This document shows, one piece after another, positions 24,205-35,578 of a DNA stretch of 35,578 nt (positions within the stretch are counted from its first letter, which is position 1; each line of letters begins with the position of its first letter). The DNA lies in contig LPNZ01009195.1 in the NCBI GenBank assembly GCA_001655205.1, forward strand, positions 1 to 35,578, given 5' to 3'. The notes below the pieces were generated by a model. It did not search any database, had not been told where the DNA came from, and was given only the letters and a program-made list of their open reading frames with translations. Origin of the DNA: Lenisia limosa (taxonomy: Eukaryota > Protista > Breviatea). A program made the position numbers and the translations under genes.

Positions 24205-27200
24205 CTACTCCAGGTAGAAAGCAAGAATTCTACAAGATTCTACGAGAATGTGGAGTATTTGGCAAAGACGGTACAGCGCCTTACCAACCTGGGCGAAGAG
24301 CAATGTGGAGTTCAAGATACTAAGCAAATAAACCAATGGAATAATGTACATTACATAATCTAACAAAATAACAAACCTGACAAAAAAAACCTTTACCAAA
24401 CTTCAATTGAGTCTGAAACAGAGACAACTAAATCGCCTTCTCCAAGCCAGCCAAGACCAGTTACAGCCCTGCCGGACCCGCCTCGACCGTACGCGATCCA
24501 CGTCGAAACTTCAATCGATTCTTCAACCCCATTGTCATCTTCAATGCTAACAACTCGGTCTCCGCTATTGGCAATGACAACAAGAGAGTTATCCGAGCAG
24601 CTGAGAGCGACAGCTGTTAGGTCAGCTGCAGGGCGTGCGCACGTGACAGGTGCAGTTAGAGGGATAACGTCAAGCACCGCGCTCAGACCAGGACTGTAGA
24701 GGGTTGCACATGGGCCTTCATGAGACGAAGTCGGAACGCCAGTCACCAGCAGAGTGTCGGAGTCGTCACCAGCGAAACAGGCGATTGGGTCAACATTAGG
24801 AGAGCCACGGCCGAAGTCAACAGAGGTCACGCGCACCACGCCATCCTGGCTAGAGCGCCACATTGATACGCGGCCAGCAGCGTCAGATGTCAGCCATAGC
24901 CCGTCGTGCGATGAGGCGGCGCTGAGGGACGTAATGCCATGGGGTGCGTGGGCGGCTACTCGGGCCAACACTTCGCCGTCTGCGAGGTTGTACACGTCAA
25001 CAATACCACTGGCAGTTCCAACAAGGGCAGCTTCACCGTCTCCGAAGCTGACTACGGATATGGCTGTTATCGTCTCGTCATTGTCTCCATCATTCAGTAC
25101 ACGGATCGGTCCGGGCGGAGTAAGCGGAACAGCAACTACTCCACCATCCATGGTGCCGCAGACAATAATGGCACCAAGACCGCGAACCGCTGCAGGGGGG
25201 CTGATGCAGGTCACATTGTGTGGCATGCCGACAGGGGGGCTCAAAGGGGTCAGTTTGGGTCCGGTCCAGAGGGAGGTTGCGCCGTCTTGAGCAACTACAA
25301 ACATCAACACTCATAAAACTATCATTCTGCTTCATAATCCTGGAATTCTGACATTTACACGTGCATTACTGCTAATCTGAACAACCCTTCGTCCCCTCAT
25401 TGCAGCATACCAGCAACGGCAAGGGTCTGGGCAGGAACGTTGGGGTTCTCGATGAGATCAGAAGCCATGTTGGTGATCTCGTCAGTGAGAACTGCTTGGG
25501 CCGAGAAATGGGTCATTTTGGGGGGAGGTGCTACCATCAGCGTATGGACTAAGGTGATTAGATAGAGTAAATGTGGTTGTGGCAACTATCTCTGCTATTG
25601 ACCCCATTATTATGAGAGGGGAAAAAAAAATAACAATAAAATCTGGGCACTAATCCATTATAGTATACGACTATTTTAGGAAATCACTTTCGTTCTGAAA
25701 AAAACTGAATTACAAATTTCCCTTTTTCTAATATTGACCAATAATGCATCATGAGTGAAATGGACTAGAATGCCTTTGTCAAATAGGTCAATAATCAACC
25801 CACCTGAAGTGACCATATCACCGCCTTGCTGACACGCAGCCCGAGATGAAGCAGGCGTGAAACGGACGGCCTAATAAATAAACAACGAAGGAAGAGGGGT
25901 AGGTCCTACGAAAACAGCTGAGGGTGACACAACAACAGCGTCAGAGGCAGAGGGCGCGAGGAAAACAGCGGTAATGGGCCCTGGAACAGTGCAAACTGCA
26001 ACAGCCGCATTTTGAATACCTTGAGAATTAGAGCTGCTTTAAATGCTATCAACCCCTACCGCTTTTGGCGGATACTGCAGCCCATCTTTTGACGTTGAAT
26101 CCGCTGGCAGAGACAATTGCTCCTCCTTTGCAATCCAGAGACGAAATCTGAAAAGTCAGAAAGTCCCATGAGGGTCCCACCTCTTGCTCGTCAGCAACCC
26201 ATTCCGAAGCAATACGCAGCCCAATAGCATCAACTACACAGATTCGACCATTGGAAGTACCAGCATGTCCCGTGGGGCCTGGAGAAATGTTAATTATTAA
26301 AGGAATACTCACCATCAAAAGCGAGGGCTGTGAACGTGTCGTTCTCGTTGCAACCTTCCATAAGAGTAGATGTGAGACGCATGATGGACGGTTCCTCTTT
26401 CTGTGCTTCCGAGGTTTCTTCAGGTTGTTCAAAAGCTTCAGTCGAAACGGACCCTCTCCAAATCAGAAGTCCGTGGGGCTAAAACAATAAGAGCCACTAC
26501 AACTAGCAGCCTACAGCAGCGCCTGCAGTAATAATCGCAGAGCTGTCATCAATCCATGCAGCAGCATAGGTTGGTCCTTCTAAATTGCTTGCTGACAAAA
26601 TCTAGAATATTGAGCATTGAATTTCAATACACAATCAGGATTTTCCCACAAACCGCCTCGGGATTGTTTAAGTCCCACACAACCAGGGCACCATCTTCTG
26701 AATGACCAATCGAACAGAGTTGTTCCTCTAGAGATACTTAGTCATCGTCTCGCATTGTGTTATATAAAAGATGAGCAAACCGCTAGGGGAAAACGAGAGT
26801 GCTTGTACACCGCCAGTATGGAACGACAGTAGGTGGCTTGTCCCAGATTGTCCTCTCTATATTGAGTTATACCAGGCTATCAACTTACAGAACAATATAT
26901 ACATGTATGTATATAATTATATACTATGTGTATAAAAACACCTACTCCTTATTGTGAAAAAAACTAAACTGTCCACCAACTTCAAATATTGTTCGCTTTT
27001 TCAAAAATCAAGCGTTTATATCATAAACATAACAGTGGCCCAGGTTATCAATTTCTGAAGATTGGACAGTAACCACCTCTCACAGGAGTGCTCAGGTCCC
27101 AAAGCTCAATATGCGCAATTCCATCTTGACCAGTCGAAAGTGGCGCACATGACAGCCAGCGGCCAGAGGGGGAGAACGCGATCACTCCTGGGGGGGCCAG

Positions 27201-30200
27201 GGTCCTGAGTTGTCAGAAAGCGCATGAACAGTATTTGGGAAGAGAGTGCGCCACACCTGAAGAATTCGGTTTTGTTGCTAGCAAGATTCTCAACGGAAAC
27301 GCCGAGGTAGTGGGCCGAGGCAATGAGTCCTGCTTCAGGAGACCATACGGTGGATGGGCGGCAAGAAGGGGCATAACTGAAGGTCAACAACATGCACTTT
27401 GGTCCTACCTTGACAGGGCTGAGAGTTTCATCCCTTCCGGGGTTGGTAGGTCTGTGATTGTCTCGTTGGGCGGAAGAAGCCCAAGGGGTACGGCAGAAAT
27501 AAGCTCGGGCTCTTCAGCCAGTTTGAACTCTTCAAGATCAAGGTCGTCGGGACCGGAGGTCTCTGAGAAGGAAATTCCACTTTCACTGTACGACGTGTCT
27601 CGACCTAAATAGAGTGAGGTGATTGCATGGCACAGCCTACCACTGCGGGCACTTCGCGGGGTGCGGTGCGGGGTGTGCTTTGCTTCAGAATCCGCTTCCA
27701 GACTTGGCAACTGAGGAACGGGGAAGTTGGCAGCCGGGCCTGAGAGGTCCACCGTCATGGACCACTTTGCAATGCAGCCTTCGGCCCCGGAACTGACCAT
27801 GACACTACCCGAGGGCGTGAACGCCACGTCGGTCAACACTCCATCATGAGCAAGAAGAACACGACGATTGGCACCCGCGGCTTTGGAGAGTCGGGCGTCA
27901 ACACATATTAGCCGGCCGGCAACCCCGCTTGTGGCGACCAGCGCAGCATTGGGGGATATCGAGAGCGTTGAGGGGAAGGGGAACGGAAGACCGGGGATGG
28001 ACGCATCGTTTGACAGGGATAAACGGGCAGGGGGTGGGAGGGATGCAACAGGGATTGTGCTAGAAGGTCAAAAGAATAATAAGTGGTTTAAAAGGGGAAT
28101 CAAAGGCCCACCTGGAGGGAAGATGGAAGCGGAAAAGGGAGCCGTCAGAGCAAACAGCAAACATCGGAGGGAGAACTGCACTTCTGTGCGAAGAACCGGT
28201 GAGCATAGACCTGTAGTATAAAAACAGACACAATAACACAGTCCTGTATGAAACAAAGGTCCTTACTTGTCTGAGGCGAAAGAAATTCCAGTAATTTGAC
28301 TGACGGGAGTGGGTCTTGATGTTCGAACTGCAGTGTCAGAGTATAGTGTCAGAGTTCGGCATTCGAAATACAACCTACTTTGAGATTCCTTTCGGGTGTG
28401 GGTTGGAATATGTGCGACCACATCCACGTCTCCAGTACCAGGATTGAGCAAAGAAATCTGAGAAAATAAATGAAACTCGGGAAATTACCAAACCTGGTTC
28501 ATTGCAGGACCTCTTATCGCTAACTGGCCGGTGGGAGCAACGGACAAACTACAAGGCACTCCTGATTCAATCAATAAAATGCACAATAACAAACCCTTAG
28601 CGCCAGCATCAGCAAGCATTTTGATTGGTTGCCACTGTGCCTCCTTTGCATACACAAACGCGTGGCCGTCTTCTCCAAGGCTGTACAAATACTGAATCGT
28701 GTGAATTGTGTTGGGAGCAAAAACAAAAAAAAACATCTATTAAAAAATTGTAGTGACACAAAAACACTACATAAGCAGGACAACCAACCTCTCCGCCCGG
28801 GCTGAAATCCAAGCTCCAAACAGCTCCACGGTGATTGCACCTATCGGCAACGATTGCACCAAGATTACCGGCAGGGGTGGATGAGGCAACACTACAGGGT
28901 GAACATGTGCGAAGACTTGACATTGTACATCTATTATATCTTGAAATAGCATGATATTGTACTGTAATTGAATATTATATATCTTGAAATAAAAACATGA
29001 TGTTGTACTGTAATTGACAATCAAATCCTCTATGAAAACAGCTCCCACCTCGGCTCATTCAATGAATCAGAGCTGATCATTTGAGGGTCGTTCAAAGATG
29101 AAGATTCTAAAACAGTAATGACCATTTTCCTTTCTACGTGACTTACCAGAAATGACAGATGGATCAATAGATGTGTTGTAGAGGCGGACTGCACCTGAAT
29201 GATAGCCCACAGCAACCATGCCTCCACCAGGAGGGTAGCTGACACATTGCGGTGTATCGTCTTGGCAATAAGTCTTGTAATGAGTGCATACCATGACTGT
29301 GGATTTCAACAACTTGAGCATTAGTGTCAAGATCCCAAATGCGAAGCGTTCCGTCGGCCGAAACGGAGGCCATCTCGTTCCTAGACCATGACACCACCAA
29401 AACAGAAGAATAGCCTTGGGCTCTAACGGCTCACTTTACAGGGTCACAAGCAACAGCAAGAACTTGTCCGGTGTGTCCTCTTTGAATGATACTGTAGGAC
29501 TGGTCTTTAACATCCAAAATCCCGATGGTACCAGCGACAGTGGCGCACGCAACAGAGAGACCTAAATATGTGAAGAAAGAGGGACAACAAACCATCAGCT
29601 GTAGATGAACAGGCAACAACAGCTGACTCATGACCAGCCTCCAAATAGAAGTCCTAGAATGTAAGTGAAAGTACTTCAATCCCTACTTGGAAGTCTAAGG
29701 GCCAAATTCGGATGAAGCCATCAGAAGAGCCAGTGACAGCAAATCCTTCGCCAACCTGAGAGGTGAGAACATCGAATAATTGTGCGGAACCTTACCTGAA
29801 TGCTATTCACGGAGCCATTGTGCACTTTGAAAAGATGCTCACATTCGCGAGTGTCAAAAGCAACTGGTTTATAAAAAAAATGGTGTCGGGGGGGGGGGGG
29901 GNNNNNNNNNNNNNNNNNNNNNNNNNNNNNNNNNNNNNNNNNNNNNNNNNNNNNNNNNNNNNNNNNNNNNNNNNNNNNNNTGCCAGCATAAACCCTTCGA
30001 CCGGCAGGATCATCGCGGCTGTACCCCGGTTCAAAGCCAATGCAAGTAACCTTGGTCGTCAACACCAACAACCGTCTTACATATGTTCCAGAAGCCAATC
30101 CAGCGGTGACATCAACGGACACTCCTCGGATTTGGCCTGATTTGACGCGCCAGAATCGAAGGGACTGGAGGCCACAGGTTGCAAACTGAATGTAAATATT

Positions 30201-32446
30201 GCACGATATATCTGGAAAGCTACCCTAATGCCTTCTCCTGGGAACGGAATGAATCTCGCAAAAGTGCAAGCATGGCCACCAAGGTGTGAACGGAGAACTT
30301 GTGTGGGTGGAGTAGGAATCTTAGAAGTTAATATTGGGGGGTGGGGGGAATAACTATTATCAACTTCCAGCATACTCCAGATGACACATTCGTATTGTAA
30401 AGGCTGGTAATGTCCCAAATGACAACACTTTGCCTTCCACGAGAGTCTTCTCCAACCGCTAGCATGTGCTTTCCATCAGAAGAAATATCCACCCCGTGAA
30501 TTCCAAGAGACGGGCCTATCATGTCAATTAACAGCGGGTTTCAAACCTTTCACAACAGCAACAACATTTCCAGTGCTCCAGTTCCACACTCTCACCATTC
30601 CAGTTCGACCCTAAATAGTAAGACTCTAATGTCTTATCACTAGAGATATACCTCTTCAGCAGAGACAATAAGCTTTCCATTTGGCGAAGTTGCAACACAC
30701 GATACTGGTGTGATGTGTCCTGGAACAATGAAAGGCGTTCTACAACCACAATTTCTCACCTTCCAAAACAGTCAAAGTGGAAGAGTCCCGAGGATTTCCA
30801 AGAATAATGCGTGAACCAAGTGCATAAGCAAGCTAATATCTCAGTAAAGTAAAGACAAAGAGCCCATTCCCCAAAACCCACTTCGTCATTGCTTGGGTGT
30901 GAGACAATAATCTAAACATTATATAAGTGCCCCGTAGAAATGAGACAAACTTGTGAGCTGATGGCTGAAATCCCAAGACGAGTGGAAACTTCAGCAGGAA
31001 TTGCAATTTCATGGAGAATGCTACAGAATAAGCATTGGCCTAATATACATGTATGTACCCCAACCTTGAAGGTAATGAAGACGATACAGTTCGAGGGGAC
31101 GCTAAAGGAGAAAGTTCAGCGCCGGTTCTGGTTTGCATTCCCAAGTTCTGTCGCAATACACTTGCCAACGGGTCAAAAGCCATGTTGACTGTGTCAGGTG
31201 CACTTGGAATACGTGGAACCTAATGCAAATATGAGCCATCTGAGAAAAAAAAATCATACTACCTTCGATGTTTTTGACTTCTGTTGTTCTGGTTCTTCAT
31301 CTCCTTCACTATCTTTCAAAGTCAAAACAAGAACACATGGAAAAATGACAGTAATTCAAACGTTGTGACCTACAGTCGAAAGAGACCCAGGAATAAAGGC
31401 CATTCCAAGTCTGTCCCGGCCGCACAGGAAGAGTAAAGTCACGCGGTAAAGTCTAATCAATAACAAAAGAATCAAGTGTGTGTTTACAAGTGACCCTCTT
31501 ACTCCTTGTCCATATTTGGCACTTGCAGTAAAGACTGATCTCAGAGAGCACGCTGCACAAATCTAGAGATATTACTTTATAGAAAAAAGAAAACAACGTA
31601 TCCCTCAACAACTTAGTAAAAAGGAAACTATCAAACGAGATGTGTTTTCCCTACCTCAATGCCTTTGAGTGATTTGAAGTTCGCTCTGGGAATATGGCCA
31701 CGGACCAAAGCCTATATAATCAGAATAAATCCAGTATATCATGAACAAACAGCGCAGTTGAGAGCAACAATTGACCAGCGGTCTCCAGCAGTGACGGGCC
31801 ATGGCAGTTGAATAGAACGTGTTTGTGCCTGCGTTGTGACACAGAAAAATATAAACAAACTTTGAATGTTTTATACAGGGATGAAACTGAAAGGCGAACA
31901 GTGCTGCCTTCCATTGTCTCGCAATCAATATGAAGGACAAAGAACTTCTCTAAATTCGTTAGTCATGATAAAACGTAAAACAGTTATTTGTGACATAAGA
32001 CCACCAACTCTGAACAGGCCTGATAATGAAGTAGCACCATGGTCCCTCCAATCCAAGATTGTGAGTGGCCGGAGGGCCGACAGTGACTGAAGTAGCCGCA
32101 GGGACTCGCCCAGCCAGGTGGATGACTCTTCGCCCAATTACTTTGTCCTGAAACCGTTAAATACAAAAACTGTTGAAGAGGGAAAAACATCTCGGTGTGT
32201 TTCTAAATCTACTAAAAGTTCTTCAGACGTTATAATTTTACAAAAAATCATCATGAAAAACAGATTGTTTTCAGTGGTAGCCATAAAAGCAGACCGAGAG
32301 GGCATGGATCTCTCCAATAACTTTGCAATTCTTCTTCTTTTCAACATCAAAATACTTTGAGACATTGACAAATGGATGTTGCCAACCTAGATGGTGTAAG
32401 AGAGACAAAGTAACCGCCAAAACCAACCAAATGATATTTTCTTCAT
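24205..32446 (-). CDS. WDR90: WD repeat-containing protein 90 (POC16): N-terminal CFAP20/DUF667-like domain plus many WD40 repeats; last exon uncertain (stop at about 24205 or about 24281)
   Basis: Seen: MKKISFG|WQHPFVNVSKYF...DKVIGRRVIHLAGRVPAATSV...NLGLEGPWCYFIIRP...FFVLHIDCETMEGSTVRLSVSSLYKTFK; later CATVAGTIGILDVKDQSYSIIQRGHTGQVLAVACD, EMASVSADGTLRIWDLDTNAQ, GYHSGAVRLYN, HRGAVWSLDFSPGG, and a long terminal WD exon at 24393-25310. Established knowledge: WDR90 begins WQHPFLNVF and has this domain order. Confidence 0.92.
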
Positions 32447-33110
32447 CCTTTAGTTCACGACTTGCCCTAATTTCATATAAAATACAATAACACAGATAAA
32501 GAGACACGCGCTAATTACCCCATCAACATAGCAAACACAGAAAAAAAAAAAAAACGCAGAAAACATTTTTAGGAATCAATTCACGGATTTTTGAGGTGTC
32601 TCTTTTTTTTTCCTCCGAAAGCGCCCTTTTTTTTGGTCTTCAAAGTCAGAAAGTGTACATCTTTAGGATTTATGGGTCTGTCTCCCTGAATTTATTCTTT
32701 TCTGCACCAACGTTTTCACCTTTCTCACTTTCCTTTTGAAGTAAGTTCTGTCTCCAATCCAAAACTGTTTCTAACGCTTCTAGGACCAGGAACTGGTTGT
32801 GTTCCTAATTGAAAACCGTTCTCCAGTTGATAAGCGTCTCTTCCGTCTTCAGCCAGCTCCTTAGACGACACAAATTGGTTTCCGAGTTCAAATAGTTCTT
32901 AAGTCGTCATAGAAACTCCATTGAAGGTTGGATGATGTTTCACCAAATTTGTATTCCTTCATTTTTCACTTAAATAAACCATAATGTTTGTTAAAGAAGT
33001 TTTGGATTATCGTTAACGTCATTCCATCCTTCTGTCTCTCTACTTTTTATTTGGTGAAGATATACATTTTACAATTCGCCTTTTTCTGATGTGTTTGAGG
33101 CGTCTTCTGT

Positions 33111-33120
33111 TTATAAATAG
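33111..33120 (+). promoter_or_regulatory. TATA-like element (TTATAAATAG) about 75 bp upstream of the MADS-box ATG; also fits the MEF2-site consensus YTAWWWWTAR
   Basis: Seen: ttataaatag at 33111-33120 in the WDR90/MADS divergent intergenic region. Function is inferred only. Confidence 0.3.
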
Positions 33121-33191
33121 GGCCATTTTCACGCTGATGCCACGTATATTGTGTCATTCACGTTACTTTTGCGTTCACTAAAATGTTTTAG

Positions 33192-34384
33192 ATGTCCAAG
33201 AGAAGGCGCCGCGAAGCAAGCAGCCCCACTGGATTCAGTGATGATGATCAGGACTTCCCAGAAGATGAAGACAGGAAGTCAGGTCGTAGAAAAATCAACA
33301 TCGAATACATTGATGACAAGAACAGGCGCAATATTACGTTTAGTAAACGCAAGGCTGGTATAATGAAGAAGGTTAGTGATGAAAGAAGGCTTATTTTTTC
33401 ATCACCAAAATGTCCTTTTCTTTGGATCTTAACGCTTTAGGCTTATGAGCTTTCAACATTAACGGGATCTCAAGTTTTGATTCTGGTTGCCTCAGAAAAT
33501 GGAAGGTTTGTCAACATATTCAATACAGACCCCTTATTCTGTTGTCATTCCTGAAATTTGTATGGTGTCTGATTACATTACTATATTTCAAGGAACTTAT
33601 CCCTTTAGAGTATTCACCTTTGCAACCACAAAACTGAAACCGTTGACTGAGCGAACAGAGGGAAGGCAACTGATCCGTGAACTCTTGAGGTAAATTCCAG
33701 CTTTCATAAAGATGCTTAAAGGACTAAGCAGCTTGTCAGTTAATTTGATTTTACCAGTTTTAACCCGTTTTTAGCCGACCAGAATCGGAAGCAGATGAAG
33801 AAATGGAGGCAGCAACCGAACCAGTGGGGCTTGAGCCTGTTCCTGTGACATCCCTCCCGTCAAATACACTTCTGCCTCAAGACCTCCTTGTCCCCTCCCT
33901 ACCTGACATGCCTGAAATGCCCCCAATGCAGTCAATGCCCTCCCTTCCTCCCTTCCCTTTACAACCGCCGAATGAAATGTGGGACCCAAGCTTGATACCA
34001 GCCCCCGCCCCAGTGGGACAGGAAGTTGTCCAACCCCAACTACTTCAGGTTTGTTTGTTTCTTTTCTCGATTATAGTAACTATTTAGGAGGCGTAACGAG
34101 TGGTACCATTTTATTTGAAGTCATTTATTATTCTAGTCTATGTCTAAGTTTCTATGTCTGCAGCTATTTTTCATGTGATATCATTATTCTTTTATTTATT
34201 GAAGGATTTTGTACAGTAGAAATAAATACTAAACATGAAAATAACCTAGAGCAGCGGATCTGAATTGAGCCACTTGACAGAAACCTCACCAAAAAGAGTT
34301 GATATGATTTGGTCTAACGGGGGAGAGTCATCAGTCACTCCAGGACCACCTAAATCAATAAATTACAACTATGAAAGAGAATAA
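33192..34384 (+). CDS. SRF/MCM1-type (type I) MADS-box transcription factor with a Pro/Met-rich C-terminal region; last exon tentative
   Basis: Seen: exon 33192-33371 ...GRRKINIEYIDDKNRRNITFSKRKAGIMKK|AYELSTLTGSQVLILVASENGR|VFTFATTKLKPLTERTEGRQLIRELLS|RPESEADEEMEAA...QPQLLQ, with a possible final exon 34250-34384. Established knowledge: the MADS core followed by ...EGRxLI..L is diagnostic of SRF/MCM1. Confidence 0.95.
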
Positions 34385-34790
34385 TGACAATTTTGGTGAA
34401 AGTTTGACAGAAATTTGTGATATTTCGTTTGCAAAAAGGAGCAAAACTCCCCAATCCCAATATACCCCCATTCGTTTAGATAAAACCCATATTATACTAG
34501 GCCATCAAGTTATATTATGCAAATAGTTGTCAGCTAAATGATTGGGTGAATTAGGCGTGATGGTGAGGACGGCTTCGGCCAGATACAACTTTGTCATATT
34601 TAACATCTCTAAATCTAACGTCCCATCCAAATATTATAGCACTATTAAGCAGTTAATAGCTGCTATAGTTTAGCGGCTTGTAAGTCCTAAAAATAATAGT
34701 ATGATATGATCTTAAAAAGAAGTGTGAGGTACGGTCACAGAAGGCCAAAGCTGTCCACACTATCATATTCACGGAAAAGGATACTTCACA

Positions 34791-35110
34791 CTCATTTACC
34801 TTACAACCCGGCTTTCTGAATACCCTTCCAGCATATATAGAAATGAGAAATAAAAAATAAAGATGTATCTGGCCTAAGCCGTCACGCTTATAAGAGATAT
34901 TGGATTATAGTATAGTATTAATGCACCCAATCATTTGCCTTACAACTCTGTGCACACAGCTTTCTGCGTGCCTCCCCAGCATACCTACAAGGATTAGATT
35001 CATGAATAAGGACAATAGACCCTGCATAATAACCCAGGTAGGCCCTCCTAATCCGTCTTATGCCACAGATTCAAGAGGTGCCAGAGAGTTAGAATTGCAG
35101 ACATCAAAGG
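34791..35110 (+). repeat. Dispersed repeat, copy 3 (both modules contiguous, preceded by a degenerate extra copy of the junction segment at 34791-34835)
   Basis: Seen: matches both 15336-15489 and 10839-10957; ctcatttaccttacaac...gctttctg...ccttccagcata (34791-34835) resembles atcatttgccttacaac...gctttctg...cctccccagcata (34931-34983). Confidence 0.9.
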
Positions 35111-35578
35111 CTTTATTGAATAATATTATCGTAAATATTGATAACGTCCTCAAAGGAGAACAGATGATAAGTGGCTCAATAGTAGGACTAGGTCTCAGGT
35201 GGAGAGATCCCCTAGTCTATGAGGCCGGTGAGGTTGCTTAGGAGAAGCGCCCTCAGTTTTGTTCGTTAATTTCTTGAGGAATGCAAGAGTATATCCATTG
35301 GTATTACGGGTTCGGATGAGACAAAGCAGCGTTGTAGGCGAAGTGTCTCGGTTTAGAACACAATCGACCGTAACACGTGAGTTGCCATCAAGACACCTTT
35401 TACAATATGTTTCGGAATAGTGGAATGGGTATGTGGATATTGATTGACTTTAAAACAAAAATCCCTGCGTATATCGTATATTGAAGTATTGATATGTTTC
35501 TATGAATGAAAATCTGTCTACCAAGATAACCCACTTCAGTTGTGGAAGCGGATGTTTGTGATAATTGCAGATAGGGTG

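Noticed and set aside
24754-25316. Plus-strand ORFs of 178 and 125 aa
   Set aside because: They are antisense to the large GC-rich WDR90 exon (24393-25310) and have no independent support.
32624-32636. CC(T)8GG as a CArG box for MADS autoregulation
   Set aside because: A CArG box needs six A/T bases between CC and GG; this has eight T and looks like an ordinary poly-T tract.
34900-35241. 113-aa ORF overlapping repeat copy 3
   Set aside because: The homologous copy at 10.86-10.97 kb has stops and frame-shifting indels, so coding capacity is not conserved, and I recognise no domain.

Overview
Eukaryotic, intron-rich genomic scaffold (standard genetic code, GT-AG introns, several N gaps), probably from a flagellated microbial eukaryote because it carries two centriole genes. 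The six-frame ORF track fragments the genes, so I spliced them by eye; exon boundaries and some termini are approximate and all family calls come from motif recognition, not database searches. Seven genes alternate strand (+ - + - + - +): (1) the 3' part of midasin/MDN1, ending in its acidic linker and MIDAS/vWA domain; (2) a divergent, possibly decaying ubiquitin-specific protease; (3) an unrecognised multi-exon gene for a signal-peptide protein with beta-rich domains resembling phage tail-fibre/collagen-like head domains; (4) a CEP70-like gene with about 20 or more introns, many only 28-50 nt; (5) an Angel-type EEP phosphatase; (6) WDR90/POC16; (7) an SRF/MCM1-type MADS-box factor. Non-coding features are an (ATGAT)n microsatellite, a set of 24-29 bp intronic tandem duplications, and a modular repeat present at three loci whose copy at about 10.8-10.95 kb folds into a two-hairpin structure with H/ACA-like boxes. 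The best candidates for novelty are the secreted phage-fibre-like gene, the structured repeat, and the G-run/C-run intron class of the midasin gene.
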